A stretch of 64,000 nt of DNA from an uncultured Alphaproteobacteria bacterium (lineage in GTDB: Bacteria > Pseudomonadota > Alphaproteobacteria > 43-37 > CAWALT01). A model generated the notes under the pieces. It had not been told where the DNA came from. It did not search any database and saw only the letters and a program-made list of their open reading frames with translations. The DNA lies in assembly GCA_963782975.1 (NCBI GenBank), contig CAWALT010000003.1, positions 333,805 through 397,804 on the forward strand, read 5' to 3'. Of the stretch, positions 45,061 through 55,870 are shown in pieces (the stretch's first letter is position 1; each line of letters opens with the position of its first letter). The translations under genes were made by a program, and so were the position numbers.

Positions 45061-46251
45061 ATGAAAATATTGTATTGGTCTGCCTTTCTCTTGTTGCTAT
45101 CTCTTAAAGTTGGATCAACAATTGTGGGGCGACCCGACGTGCCCGGCGATCTCTATGAGGAGAAGGCTAAGTCCTACTCTTCTGTTTGCCAAGTAAGTGG
45201 CTTTTCTAGAAATGACCTCACCATCGATAATTTTGGTTTTTTTAGTGCTGTTTTTATTGATAGAGAAACCAATCTTTTTATTACAAGCGCTTTTAAACTC
45301 CGAGAATATACTCACAGTCTCGTCGTACACTGTCAAAAGAGTCACCCCTATTTTATTGACGAGGCCTCCATACGTATGCATCCTTCTTTCAGTATACAGG
45401 GTACGGCATATAACCAAAAAATACTAGGAGCCCCTATCGCTTTATTTCAAACGAAAGAAAAAATATCTAAAGACGTTGAAGAGGCAACGTCCTATAGAGG
45501 GCCAATAAGTACCGTATGGGATCAACTTATTACGATCGTCGGTTATGGCAGAGCAGACCCTAATATTCAAGATATAAGTCAAGCGGCTGATATTATGGGC
45601 CTCCTTGAAAGAAAAATCTCTCATATGGAAGAAGGGGGCGGAGAAGAAGGATTGGAAGCGTTTATTCCTTTAATAGAAGGGCGATCCCTCTCCAAGCAGG
45701 AGGAAGAAGAGATGAGAGCTCAGCTTCGCCTACTCGCCGTTTCTCAACCTGTTAGGGCATGTGAGATGCGAGTGGCAAATGCGCTTGATCCAAAGTTATC
45801 CCCCTTTTTGATCAGGCTTGACGTAGAGACTAATATGCGAGAACCGTACATGCTTGACGCTGAACATGAAGATAGGGAAGATGCATTTGGTGCTTCTAAT
45901 TTCTATGCTTATTATGCGCCTGAGATGACGCTCATGCTTATTCATCCAACTTCAGATCATGCTAGAAGTATCCAGAGCTTTTCGGGTCGATTTCTCATTA
46001 ACGACGCAACTCCAGAGCTTGCTGGCCAACCGCACTACGGAGATGAGGGAGCGGGTTACTTTAATGAGCAAAAACAGCTTATTGGAATCCATGCCTGGGT
46101 AGAGGTGCTAGATTTTGAAGGAACGCGCTTTCTTGTTAATCGCGGCGAGTTTATACCCAAGCACTTAGACTGGATTAAAGAAACGATAAAGGCGATAAAA
46201 AAAGAAGCGTCACATAAGAAGAAAGGAAAAGGGAAAAAGAAGCGTAAATAG
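45061..46251 (+). CDS. Hypothetical secreted protein with a polybasic C-terminal tail.
   Basis: Signal peptide MKILYWSAFLLLLSLKVGS. The C-terminus reads KKEASHKKKGKGKKKRK. No confident domain. Confidence 0.45.
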   Translation: MKILYWSAFLLLLSLKVGSTIVGRPDVPGDLYEEKAKSYSSVCQVSGFSRNDLTIDNFGFFSAVFIDRETNLFITSAFKLREYTHSLVVHCQKSHPYFIDEASIRMHPSFSIQGTAYNQKILGAPIALFQTKEKISKDVEEATSYRGPISTVWDQLITIVGYGRADPNIQDISQAADIMGLLERKISHMEEGGGEEGLEAFIPLIEGRSLSKQEEEEMRAQLRLLAVSQPVRACEMRVANALDPKLSPFLIRLDVETNMREPYMLDAEHEDREDAFGASNFYAYYAPEMTLMLIHPTSDHARSIQSFSGRFLINDATPELAGQPHYGDEGAGYFNEQKQLIGIHAWVEVLDFEGTRFLVNRGEFIPKHLDWIKETIKAIKKEASHKKKGKGKKKRK

Positions 46252-46517
46252 ATACCTTTTTTATCCTACTTGAGTCTCCTGTAAAAAGAGAGGGGCATCA
46301 GGAAAAAGTTCCATGGCTTATAAAGTAAAAAGAGGGAGGCCTAAGTGAGCTCTCTAAAGAAGGTCCTTTTTCTAAAGAAATGTCGCCCCTTCTAGCTACA
46401 TACTCTAGAAAAGCAAGCCTTCTCCACTTTATAAAACAATTCAAACTTATAGATTTGAGCGGCTTCTCTCCTTATAATGAAGGTATTAATGCACACAAGC
46501 TCTAGGAAGGGACATGT

Positions 46518-47162
46518 ATGACCACAAAATTAAGCCCCACAGAAATCGAGGCTTTTTTTGCTACCTTATCAGCCTTAAATCCCGTCCCTAAATCGGAATT
46601 AGTATATCAAAATCCCTACACTCTTTTAGTGGCAGTGGTGTTATCAGCTCAAGCAACAGATAGAGGTGTAAATAAGGCAACGGAGAAACTCTTTCAGGTC
46701 GTGCAGACACCCGAGGCAATGGTAGCTTTAGGAGAGGAAAAGCTTAAAGAATATATTAAAACAATTGGTTTATTTAATGCAAAGGCTAAAAACATTATTG
46801 CTCTGAGTCAGATCTTGAGAGAACATTATGGTGGTAATGTCCCAGATAAGCGTGAGCAGCTCCAGCAATTACCCGGCGTTGGTCGAAAGACAGCGAATGT
46901 GGTGTTAAATGTAGCGTTTGGACAGCCCACGATCGCTGTTGATACCCATATATTTCGCGTATGTAATCGTACAGGTTTAGCGCTCGCTCGTACCCCGCAG
47001 GCAGTGGAAGCTATTCTTGAGGAAGTTGTTCCTCAACGATGGCGGCTCCATGCGCATCATTGGCTTATTTTGCATGGGCGATATACCTGTAAAGCAAGGC
47101 GACCTTTATGCGCAGAATGTCCTGTTTACCAGTATTGCCAATTTGGGAGTAAGACAGGGTGA
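46518..47162 (+). CDS. nth: Endonuclease III (HhH-GPD DNA glycosylase with a 4Fe-4S cluster).
   Basis: LPGVGRKTANVVLNVAFGQP HhH motif and CKARRPLCAECPVYQYC. Confidence 0.92.
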   Translation: MTTKLSPTEIEAFFATLSALNPVPKSELVYQNPYTLLVAVVLSAQATDRGVNKATEKLFQVVQTPEAMVALGEEKLKEYIKTIGLFNAKAKNIIALSQILREHYGGNVPDKREQLQQLPGVGRKTANVVLNVAFGQPTIAVDTHIFRVCNRTGLALARTPQAVEAILEEVVPQRWRLHAHHWLILHGRYTCKARRPLCAECPVYQYCQFGSKTG

Positions 47163-47416
47163 CAAGGATAAAAGAAGGACGGGCTGGTAAGAGCGTACAA
47201 AATATTTAAAAAAAGCCCAGAAGCTCTCCAACAACCCGGATGAGGGGTTAGGGGGAGCAAAGTCCTGAGGGATGTGTCGCCTTGAATGGATAGAAGATTA
47301 AGGTTGAAGCAATAGGGATGAAGCGCTAAGAGAGGAACGCTGTCTTGTATCTTCGAGTTGGAACTTGTCTTTGAGATACTCAAAAGTTGTTAGTAATTTT
47401 TTGCGCAATAAAATTT

Positions 47417-48123
47417 GGGGCTGTACTGGATAACTAAAATAAACAGCCTTTAACCCATTGATTTAACTGGGTTAATTGGTCTTTTGGATGAGGGTTATTA
47501 AAACGCCCTTCACACTCTTTAAGAAATAACTCTCTTTTGGTACACCATTAAATTTTCTTAAGTGACTTTTACCTTGATTCCAAAAGTTCTCAATTCCATT
47601 AAGGTGGTTGTGTTTACCAGCCAAAAGCTTTGAATGGTTAAGGCGATAATGTTTGACTTCAGAAACATCAAAGAGTTATATCCTCGCCAGTAATCGCTAT
47701 AGACAATGCTATCCGGTACTACTTTTTCACAAATGATGGGCACCAAGGTTTCAGCACTGGCGTCAAGTATAACCTTTGTGTATGCCTTTCCACCACGCTA
47801 ATAGCCCACACACAGGAACCTTTCCGCCAGTGCCTTGCCCTCGTTTACCCTTACGTGGGCCACCAAAATAGGTCTCATCAACTTCCATCTTACCTCCCAC
47901 TATCTCTTGGCTTTCTAACTCTAATTGGTGATAGATGATCTGCCTGAGGCGATGGAAATAATAGGCTGCTGTCTTTGGATTAATACCTATTAAACTAGCA
48001 ACACATCGTGCAGTACTTCCTGCTACAAAGTGCTCTAGTAGCCTTTCTTGCTTCTTTTTACTTAATCGGCTCTTCTTCAGGCCATACCTTATAACACTTT
48101 ATTGGGTTATCGGGTACAGCCCC
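47417..48123 (-). mobile_element. IS1595-family insertion-sequence remnant. The transposase reading frame is broken by frameshifts and stops, and imperfect terminal inverted repeats are present.
   Basis: Left end ggggctgtactggataactaaaataaa (47417-). The reverse complement of the right end is ggggctgtacccgataacccaataaa (..48123). The minus-strand translation contains IVYSDYWRGYNSL and, in another frame, RLNHSKLLAGKHNHLNGIENFWNQGKSHLRKF. These match the ISXO2-like transposase motifs. Confidence 0.6.
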
Positions 48124-48903
48124 TAAAATTTTCTCCTGCCAAGGACATTCTCCCGGTTTTTCTTGATTCCCATCATTCGTTTTTTATGGCCCGTCGATAC
48201 GAAAAAGCTCTTGGGGACAGGAAGCCTTTATCGGCACAAAGGAGCCCCGTACGCCCTGACCTCATTTGATCTGATCATCCCCCTTACCTGGAGTTACTTA
48301 AGGCGCATGAGATTGCCTTTCTCCTCCCCAATGAGGTGACGTTTCAGGCCAAACAACCAGCCTTTCATGGTTTTTTCTAAAACGGCAATTCTGTGAAAAA
48401 TCTTGTTTCTGCTCATCCGTTTAGGATGGCAAATCACCCAAGAGGTTGCACCCATGTAGCCTAGAGAAAGGAAGGAAGGGAAAGTATCAGTAAGCCTTGG
48501 CCTGAAACCAATAAACCGTTCATAGCGGAGCATTTTGGGACCTTCCTTTCTATAAAGTCAAGAAACAGAAGAAGCCGGCGAATCAAGTGACATTTTATGG
48601 CCCGTCATAAGAAAATCGGGTGCTGGGAATAATATCTTACCCGATCTTACTAAAGGCACAGGCAAAAATGGTCGTATGACGCAAAAGGCTGAAGGTAAGA
48701 AAGATGAAGGTAAGATTGATAAAATACGTGAAATCTCGGCAAGAGAATTCTTAAAACATTAAAATAATTGTGCCGATTTCACGGTCTGTACTTGGTCCCA
48801 ATCTACTCCTCAAAGCATCATATCATGGCCCTGTTTTCAGGTGGGTGTTGTTGACCCGGCTGGCTTACTCTTCTTTTACTATCTTATGACCTTCCTAGGT
48901 ACT

Positions 48904-49836
48904 TTAATTATGGGCGCGAGGACCGCCAATATAGGAAGGAACAATAGCTTCTACAGGTTGGGGAGTGATACCAAAATTTAGTAAAGCATTAGATTTACCA
49001 TTTAAGGTATTGTTACACTGTAATAGCAGCACCTGATCATATGTCAGGGGCGGGTTTGGAAGCCATTCGCATACCCGGCCCATGAGCTTAGCGAGCGGGA
49101 AGGGGATAGGAAGAAGAACGGCATGGCTGTGTGTTAACTCCACCATGTATTCTATTATCCTTCGGAAAGTGTAAATCCGGGGGCCACCTATTTCAAATAT
49201 CTCTGATTTTCGATTCGGGCATTTTTGTAAAATCTCCCGGATTGCGTGGGCGACATCCCCCACGTAAACAGGTTGAAGCTCCGTACTTCCTGAGCCTATA
49301 AGCGGTAGGATCGGGAGGGTTTTGAGCAGTCGAGCAAAGCGATTATAGAAAAGATCATCTGGACCAAATACCACGGAGGGTCGAACAATAATGGCTCTTG
49401 GATAAGCTTCCATGACAGCTTTTTCTCCGGCCTTTTTTGTTTGGGCGTATCGAGAAGGTGATTGCTTGCTTGCTCCTAAGGCAGAGAAATGAATCAAGCG
49501 CTGAACCTTCTGGGCTGCGGTTGCTTTAGCAATGGTTTGTGCGCCGATAATGTGAACCTGTTCGAACGTTTGTGAGCGTTTCTCATAAAGGGTGCCCACC
49601 AGGTTAATAACCATATTGGCTCCCTTGATGGCCTCGTCGACGGATGCTTCATTTTCTACGAATGCCTGGATAATGGAAATTTGCCCAACTTCCCCCATCG
49701 TTCGAAGAAACTTCGCCTTTTCAAGATCACGACAGGCGGCACGGATCCGATAACCTTCCTGAGCAAGAAGCCTTACTACATTACGGCCAATAAATCCTGA
49801 AGCACCAAAAATGGTTATTATTTCATTTTTTATCAT
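48904..49836 (-). CDS. NAD(P)-binding epimerase/dehydratase-family protein (NDUFA9/NmrA-like).
   Basis: IFGASGFIGRNVVRLL Rossmann motif at the N-terminus; 310 aa. Confidence 0.6.
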   Translation of the reverse strand: MIKNEIITIFGASGFIGRNVVRLLAQEGYRIRAACRDLEKAKFLRTMGEVGQISIIQAFVENEASVDEAIKGANMVINLVGTLYEKRSQTFEQVHIIGAQTIAKATAAQKVQRLIHFSALGASKQSPSRYAQTKKAGEKAVMEAYPRAIIVRPSVVFGPDDLFYNRFARLLKTLPILPLIGSGSTELQPVYVGDVAHAIREILQKCPNRKSEIFEIGGPRIYTFRRIIEYMVELTHSHAVLLPIPFPLAKLMGRVCEWLPNPPLTYDQVLLLQCNNTLNGKSNALLNFGITPQPVEAIVPSYIGGPRAHN

Positions 49837-50528
49837 TCAGTTTATCGCCCATTTTTGATAGAGATATTCCTTAACAATTAATATTAGTCATAAATTTTGC
49901 ATGAAGTAAATGAACATTTAACTATTTATTTATTAAATACCCATATGCAAAATAGTAAACAAGTTTTCTAGGCACATCAGGGCGTATAAGTATGCCAGAG
50001 GCAACCCAAGAGAGCCTGTTCCCAAAACGGCTTTGTCTTATTAAGGACAGTGCTTAACAACAAAGATTAAATAATTACTTTTTTAGTGGCAATGAGAGTA
50101 GTTGAAAAATCTATATCAACCAGGTGTTTGCAGCTTGCCTAATAAGTTTTACCCTCTCCTTTTTTAGAAAGTATTCACGTTTCGTTCATGCCTATTCGTT
50201 GTTTTTCTTCTTAAAAAATATCTTTCAAGAAGCCAAAGCGCATGTTACGAGCTATTTTTTTAAGTCCTCTCTTAAGAAACCAAAGACCTATTATAAAATA
50301 AGAAAAAAAATTAGCAAAGAGGCATTATGCTATTTCTTAAGAGGTTTATCCAAAAAGACCGATCATTTTGCCTAGGCCAACAAACCCTGATAATGGCAGG
50401 CTAAGCATCCATATTCTTTGGAAATTTCACATTTTCTGAGACATTGAAGAAAATTATTTTTCCCGAGCCCGCTCTGTTATAAAGGAGAAAGCCAGAGATA
50501 AAAAACAAGATAAATAGCTAAAATTTTG

Positions 50529-50614
50529 TGGTGCCTCGGGGGAGAGTCGAACTCCCACACCCATAAGATACGTGATTTTGAGTCACGCGCGTCTACCAAT
50601 TCCGCCACCGAGGC
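50529..50614 (-). tRNA. tRNA-Leu, anticodon CAA.
   Basis: The reverse complement folds as a cloverleaf. The acceptor stem is GCCUCGG/CCGAGGC. The anticodon stem CGUGA/UCACG carries the loop CUCAAAA. There is a long variable arm. The T arm is GGGAG-UUCGACU-CUCCC. The 3' end is an encoded CCA. Confidence 0.85.
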
Positions 50615-50783
50615 AAGATTACTCTCCTATTTGTCAACTCCAGTATCTTACAAAAGACGAAAATTTTATCAACCGAAAAAGACAAGAACATAAGGAAAAA
50701 AGAAGGAATTTCCGATTGCTCTTTCCTTAAGAAAAATGTTAAAAGAAAACCACAAGGATTCATATAAATAAAGTTAATTTTTT

Positions 50784-51362
50784 ATGCTTGAACGGCTTTA
50801 TCAGAAGATAGTTAAGCTGGCTAACCATCCTCACGCCATGGCTTATTTACTCCTCATTGCTTTTGCGGAAAGTTCTATTTTTCCCATTCCTCCTGATCCT
50901 ATCTTTATTACAATGATTGTGGCTCGGCGTGAACAGGCTTTTACCATTGCTTTCCTTACGACGCTGGCTTCTGTCATTGGTGGTTATGTTGGTTATGCTC
51001 TAGGATATTATCTTTATGAAACGTTGGGGCAGTGGATTATCAATACTCATGGGATGGCTAATTCCTTTGAACGTATCAAAATGGATTTTGATAAATGGGG
51101 TTTTTGGATTATTGCCTTAAAGGGGCTTACGCCTATTCCTTACAAAATTGTTACTATTGCGAGCGGCCTTGTAAAATTTGATTTGGGTCTATTTACGATC
51201 GCTTCGTTAATTACCCGAAGTTTTCGTTTTTTTCTGGTAGGCACGCTTCTTTGGTATTATGGCCCTCCTATTAAAATCTTTATAGAAAAGAATCTGCGTC
51301 TTGTGCTATTTCTCGCTCTCATGTTTTTATTGGTTGGCTTTGCAATGATAAAATTGTTTTAA
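50784..51362 (+). CDS. DedA/YqaA-family (VTT domain) membrane protein.
   Basis: LLLIAFAESSIFPIPPDPIFITM motif; 192 aa; polytopic. Confidence 0.7.
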   Translation: MLERLYQKIVKLANHPHAMAYLLLIAFAESSIFPIPPDPIFITMIVARREQAFTIAFLTTLASVIGGYVGYALGYYLYETLGQWIINTHGMANSFERIKMDFDKWGFWIIALKGLTPIPYKIVTIASGLVKFDLGLFTIASLITRSFRFFLVGTLLWYYGPPIKIFIEKNLRLVLFLALMFLLVGFAMIKLF

Positions 51363-51889
51363 TGATTAGAATGCGACACATATTCTGGGTGTTTATATTT
51401 CTTGGTGTAGGTGTTTATGGGCTAGCGCTAGCTCTTGAACACATAGGTCGTTTTTTCCCTTGTCATCTTTGTGTCTATGAGCGGTGGGTATACCTTATTA
51501 TTGCAGCCCTGGCACTTATAGGTCTTTTTTCTACCTATCTTAAGGGAGGATCTTTCTCTCTTTTGTCACTTTCTTTGTATGTTACTATTTTGGTAACGCT
51601 CGGTATTGGTTGGCTTATCTCTCTTTTTCACATAGGCCTCGAGCACCGTTGGTGGTCAAGTGAGGCGGGATGCCGCAAGCTTTCTTTTGCGGGAAAAACA
51701 CTCGAGAGCATTAAACAAGAGCTTCTCTCTCGGCCGTTTGTTCCTTGTAATCAACCATCGCTTAAGTTATATGGATTGTCTTTGACGGAGCTTAATTTTT
51801 TGTTTCTAACGTTCCTTTTGGTCGTAGGAATTTATTGGTTTAGGAAGGTACAATATGCGAACCGATCAATCATCCCGCCCTCTCATTAA
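51362..51889 (+). CDS. dsbB: Disulfide bond formation protein B family.
   Basis: FPCHLCVYERW CxxC loop and a second Cys pair (GCRK...VPCNQ). Four transmembrane helices. Confidence 0.7.
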   Translation: MIRMRHIFWVFIFLGVGVYGLALALEHIGRFFPCHLCVYERWVYLIIAALALIGLFSTYLKGGSFSLLSLSLYVTILVTLGIGWLISLFHIGLEHRWWSSEAGCRKLSFAGKTLESIKQELLSRPFVPCNQPSLKLYGLSLTELNFLFLTFLLVVGIYWFRKVQYANRSIIPPSH

Positions 51890-52418
51890 GAAAGAAAAAG
51901 TCCGTGCCCAGATGATTCGCGTGAATCATGCTGGTGAATTTGGAGCGGTACAAATATATAAAGGCCAACTTGCAATATTAAAGGATGCGCCTGTACGAGA
52001 ACTGCTTGAGGAAATGTTAGCGCATGAACATGTTCACTTGGCTCGCTTTGAGGAACTTATTCGTACGTACCGTGTGCGGCCTACGGCGTTATCTCCTCTA
52101 TGGCGTGTAGCCGGTTATGCGCTTGGTGTTGGGACAGCACTCCTTGGGAAAGAAGCGGCTATGGCCTGCACCGAAGCGGTGGAAGACGTCATTGAGAAGC
52201 ATTATCAAGAGCAACTTATTTTTCTTGAACAGGATACCAGAGAGCAGGAAAAGGAAGATCCCCTAGCTCCTCTCATTCGTCAATGCCAGCAAGAAGAAAT
52301 AGCGCATCATAATATTGCTATTGATGAAGGCTCCAGGCAAGCGCCAGCCTACCACCTTTTGACCGGTGCGATAAAGGCGGCAACAAAAGCGGCTATTTGG
52401 CTTTCTAAGCGGATTTAA
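51855..52418 (+). CDS. coq7: Demethoxyubiquinone hydroxylase (di-iron, ferritin-like).
   Basis: RVNHAGEFGAVQIY, LAHEHVHL and EEIAHHNIA carboxylate/His motifs. Confidence 0.85.
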   Translation: MRTDQSSRPLIKKEKVRAQMIRVNHAGEFGAVQIYKGQLAILKDAPVRELLEEMLAHEHVHLARFEELIRTYRVRPTALSPLWRVAGYALGVGTALLGKEAAMACTEAVEDVIEKHYQEQLIFLEQDTREQEKEDPLAPLIRQCQQEEIAHHNIAIDEGSRQAPAYHLLTGAIKAATKAAIWLSKRI

Positions 52419-52504
52419 CCTTACCTTAGGAGAGGACCCCCGATCTTTCCGAGTCGCTTCTTTGATCTGGCTTCCCTCTATCGTTGGCAAATGAGGAGGA
52501 GAAT

Positions 52505-53197
52505 TTATCCCTGCTCCTTAGCAGCTTGCTGAGCGCTAAGGTATGGAGGACAGGGGCAAGGGGCAAGAGTAAGAGGGTTGAGTGTTTGTAGCTCATAGCA
52601 CTGAGTGCCCTGAAGAAAGCCAGTCTTTTGCTGCGGTAAGGAAGCTTTTTCATCGCTCGCAGTAAAGGTGCCATCATAGGTGAAAGGAAGGAGGAGCCGG
52701 CCTTTCTTATCGATCACACTCCATTTTCCACCGCGGCACTCGTGGTATTCACTGCCTTTGATAGGTACTATTTTACAGCCTACGGAAACAACAGCCACTC
52801 CCTTGAAAAAAGGTTCCGCGTGATCAAACAGGGCGGGGATTATTTTCTTTCCTTGAGGATTGGAAAAACCTATGCGCCCCTCCTCAATAAAGCGAGCAAG
52901 GCCCTCGATATAATCATCAGGCCCATTATCAACTACATAGGCTTGGAGAACGACTTCTCCTCTTTGGTTGATTCGATACCATTTCCCATCTTGCGACCAC
53001 ACATCAGCTAAGCAATAGGAAGTAAACGGTGAGACCATACGGTAATGGGCTGGAATATGAACATGGCCATCTTTTGTCTTGAAACCCCACTGGTAAGTTG
53101 CTTCATCTTTGAACCGTGCTAACTTACATGATCGCTGAGGCACACTGCAGGATGTAAAACTAACCAAGAGGAGCAGAGCAAGAGCTAATAGATGCAT
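52505..53197 (-). CDS. WG-repeat lipoprotein. The likely start is the internal Met MHLLALALLLLVSFTSCS.
   Basis: Lipobox FTSC. Repeats such as YQWGFKTKDG, GKWYRINQRG and GGKWSVIDKKGRLLLPF match the WG-containing repeat family. Confidence 0.55.
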   Translation of the reverse strand: MHLLALALLLLVSFTSCSVPQRSCKLARFKDEATYQWGFKTKDGHVHIPAHYRMVSPFTSYCLADVWSQDGKWYRINQRGEVVLQAYVVDNGPDDYIEGLARFIEEGRIGFSNPQGKKIIPALFDHAEPFFKGVAVVSVGCKIVPIKGSEYHECRGGKWSVIDKKGRLLLPFTYDGTFTASDEKASLPQQKTGFLQGTQCYELQTLNPLTLAPCPCPPYLSAQQAAKEQG

Positions 53198-53198
53198 G

Positions 53199-55166
53199 TT
53201 ATATATCCAACTCTTGAAATTGTTGGGCATGTTCTTGGATAAAAGTAAACCTTGCCTCGGGATTGCGACCCATCAAATTTTCTACAAGAGTTATCTCTTC
53301 TTTTCCGCCTTCTGATGAGATAACGATCTTTAACAATGTTCGCTTTTCCGGGTCCATCGTTGTTTCTTTTAACACCTTAGCGGGCATTTCTCCCAGTCCT
53401 TTGAAACGGCTTATGTCTACTTTCTTTCCTTTAAACTTGGTGAGCCATCGCTTTTTTTCTTCTTCGGTATGTAGGTAAACCACGTCTTTACCGGCGGTGA
53501 GGCGATAAAGAGGAGGTTGGGCAAGATATAAATGGCCAGCTTCAATTAAAGGGCGCATTTGCGTAAAGAAGAAAGTAATTAACAGTGACGCAATATGAGC
53601 GCCATCTACATCCGCGTCCGTCATGATGACGACACGCTCATATCTTAACTGGGAAGGATCGCACCGTTCCCCTCGTTCGCATCCAAGTGCTAAGAGAATA
53701 TCCTTAATCTCTTGGTTATTAATAAGCTTGTCCTGAGAGGCACTGGCGACATTTAGAATTTTCCCTCGTAAGGGGAGGATGGCCTGGGTTTCCCGTAGTC
53801 GAGCTTGCTTAGCGGACCCTCCTGCCGAGTCTCCTTCGACGAGAAATATCTCTGTTCCTTCCTGTTTATTGACACTGCAGTCGACAAGCTTGCCAGGAAG
53901 GCGAAGACGACGGGTGGCGGAAGAGCGGGGTAGGCTTTGTTCTTTTTCCTGACGGCGTTGGAGGCGTTCTTCCATGCGGTTTAGGGCAAGATCAATCAAA
54001 TGTCGGCCTTCGGCTTGGTGCTGCGATAGCCAATGATCCACATAGTCTTTCATGGACGTTTCAATAAGCTTGGCCACTTTTTGATTGACCAGCTTTTCTT
54101 TGGTTTGTCCTTGGAACTGGGGAGAGGTATAAAACAAGGATAAAACAACATAGGCGTGGCCCAATAAATCCTCGCTGGTTAGCTGAGCTGCTTTGTTATA
54201 TTGCAGGTAATTTGCGAAAATTTTTAGGCTTTTTACCATGGCTTGTTTAAATCCTGATTCATGGACGCCCCCAAGAGGGGTGAAAATAGTATTACAAAAG
54301 CTTTTCACAACACCATGATAGCTTTCAGGCCAGGCAATGGCCCATTCCACGTAGCCTGCCTTGCCTGGAAGGGTAACTTGCCCGCAAAAGAGGGACTCAG
54401 GTGCCTCCAGGTTGTCTTGAAGGAGGAGGTCGCGCACATAATCTTTTAATCCTTCAGGAAAATGGAACACCTGAGACGCGGGTATGGCGTCGCGTGTGGT
54501 AAGAGGAGCTTCCATTTTCCATTCGATTTTAACCCCTTTAAAAAGGTAAGCCTTTGCTTTAAGCATCTCAAAAACGCGGGAAGCGCGAAAAGAAATGCCT
54601 GAATCGAAGATTGAGCAATCAGGCAGAAAAGTGACAAGAGTCCCCCGTCGGTTGCTGACTGCACCAAGTTTTTCTAAACGCGTATAAGGTTCCCCTCGGC
54701 GGAATTCTTGGCGCCAAAGTTGGCGATCACGGGCCACTTCGACGACTAAATATTCGGATAGCGCATTAACGACCGACAACCCGACCCCATGAAGCCCTCC
54801 GGCGGTCATATAAGCTTTTTGGCTAAATTTACCGCCGGAATGTAATGTTGTTAGTATAACTTCCAAGGCCGATTTTTCTGGAAACTTAGGGTGCGGATCA
54901 ATAGGAATGCCACGCCCGTTATCCATAACGGTGATTGACCCGTCGGCATTCATGATAACGGTAATTTTGGAAGCGTGACCAGCAATGGCTTCGTCCATCG
55001 CATTGTCAACCACTTCAACCAATAGGTGATGGAGCGCTGCTTCATCCGTGCCGCCAATATACATTCCAGGCCGACAACGAACGGGTTCGAGCCCTTCCAG
55101 GACTTCGATATCCTTAGCTGTGTAGCTTTGTGAGCTCGAAGGAGCTTGATGAAAAAGATCAGTCAT
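53199..55166 (-). CDS. parE: DNA topoisomerase IV subunit B. At 655 aa it lacks the proteobacterial GyrB insertion.
   Basis: GHKL ATPase (VVDNAMDE...DNGRGIP), Toprim domain and C-terminal EGDSAGG. Confidence 0.8.
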   Translation of the reverse strand: MTDLFHQAPSSSQSYTAKDIEVLEGLEPVRCRPGMYIGGTDEAALHHLLVEVVDNAMDEAIAGHASKITVIMNADGSITVMDNGRGIPIDPHPKFPEKSALEVILTTLHSGGKFSQKAYMTAGGLHGVGLSVVNALSEYLVVEVARDRQLWRQEFRRGEPYTRLEKLGAVSNRRGTLVTFLPDCSIFDSGISFRASRVFEMLKAKAYLFKGVKIEWKMEAPLTTRDAIPASQVFHFPEGLKDYVRDLLLQDNLEAPESLFCGQVTLPGKAGYVEWAIAWPESYHGVVKSFCNTIFTPLGGVHESGFKQAMVKSLKIFANYLQYNKAAQLTSEDLLGHAYVVLSLFYTSPQFQGQTKEKLVNQKVAKLIETSMKDYVDHWLSQHQAEGRHLIDLALNRMEERLQRRQEKEQSLPRSSATRRLRLPGKLVDCSVNKQEGTEIFLVEGDSAGGSAKQARLRETQAILPLRGKILNVASASQDKLINNQEIKDILLALGCERGERCDPSQLRYERVVIMTDADVDGAHIASLLITFFFTQMRPLIEAGHLYLAQPPLYRLTAGKDVVYLHTEEEKKRWLTKFKGKKVDISRFKGLGEMPAKVLKETTMDPEKRTLLKIVISSEGGKEEITLVENLMGRNPEARFTFIQEHAQQFQELDI

Positions 55167-55276
55167 TAAAAGCGTTTTTACTTAGTTAAGGTTATACTTT
55201 AGAATACAAAGCTAGTTTAATGAATTGGTACGCCAGCGCCAAGAACAATTTTTCAGGCTAAAGGAGTTTTATATAT

Positions 55277-55699
55277 ATGTCGAACGTTCCCCCTTCCCTT
55301 GACCGTCTGATGATACGTACCATCGCTATGCCCAAAGACACGAATCCCAATGGAGACATTTTTGGAGGCTGGATCCTTTCTCAGATGGATTTAGCCGGCG
55401 CAAGCGCTGCTAAGAAATGTACGGGTGAGAGAGTGGTGACGGTCGCCATTAAAGGGTTAGAATTTTACCACCCAGTAGGAATTGGTGATGAGGTATCATG
55501 CTATGCCCATGTTACCCGTATTGGTCGGTCCTCCATTACCGTAGCGGTTGATACATGGGTAGAACGGTGCCAATTTAACCAGGAAGCTTTCAAGGTCACG
55601 GAGGGAATATTTACCTTCGTGGCTATTGACCAAGATAATAAACCAAAACCTATCCCTGAAGAAGTTAAAAAGAATTTTGAAGAAAATTTATTGGCCTAA
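55277..55699 (+). CDS. yciA: Acyl-CoA thioesterase, hotdog fold, YciA-like.
   Basis: MPKDTNPNGDIFGGWILSQMDLAG. Confidence 0.8.
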   Translation: MSNVPPSLDRLMIRTIAMPKDTNPNGDIFGGWILSQMDLAGASAAKKCTGERVVTVAIKGLEFYHPVGIGDEVSCYAHVTRIGRSSITVAVDTWVERCQFNQEAFKVTEGIFTFVAIDQDNKPKPIPEEVKKNFEENLLA

Positions 55700-55870
55700 G
55701 ATGCTTTTAATGGCGAGCAACTTTGTTACCATTGTTATAGAATAGATGAACCATTTCTAAGCTAACATTTTTTCTTAGGTTACCATGATAATAAGCAATA
55801 GAGAGAGATATTATTAACCCTTAAATTTGTTAAACGCCACGCTTTCTCTCTTACCCTCTCCTTTAAACTC

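Noticed and set aside
45061-46251. A trypsin-like serine protease call for the secreted 396-aa protein.
   Set aside because: The only support is the loose pair of resemblances ...ITSAF..HC and GDEGAGY, where the catalytic Ser would be Glu. That is too weak to annotate.
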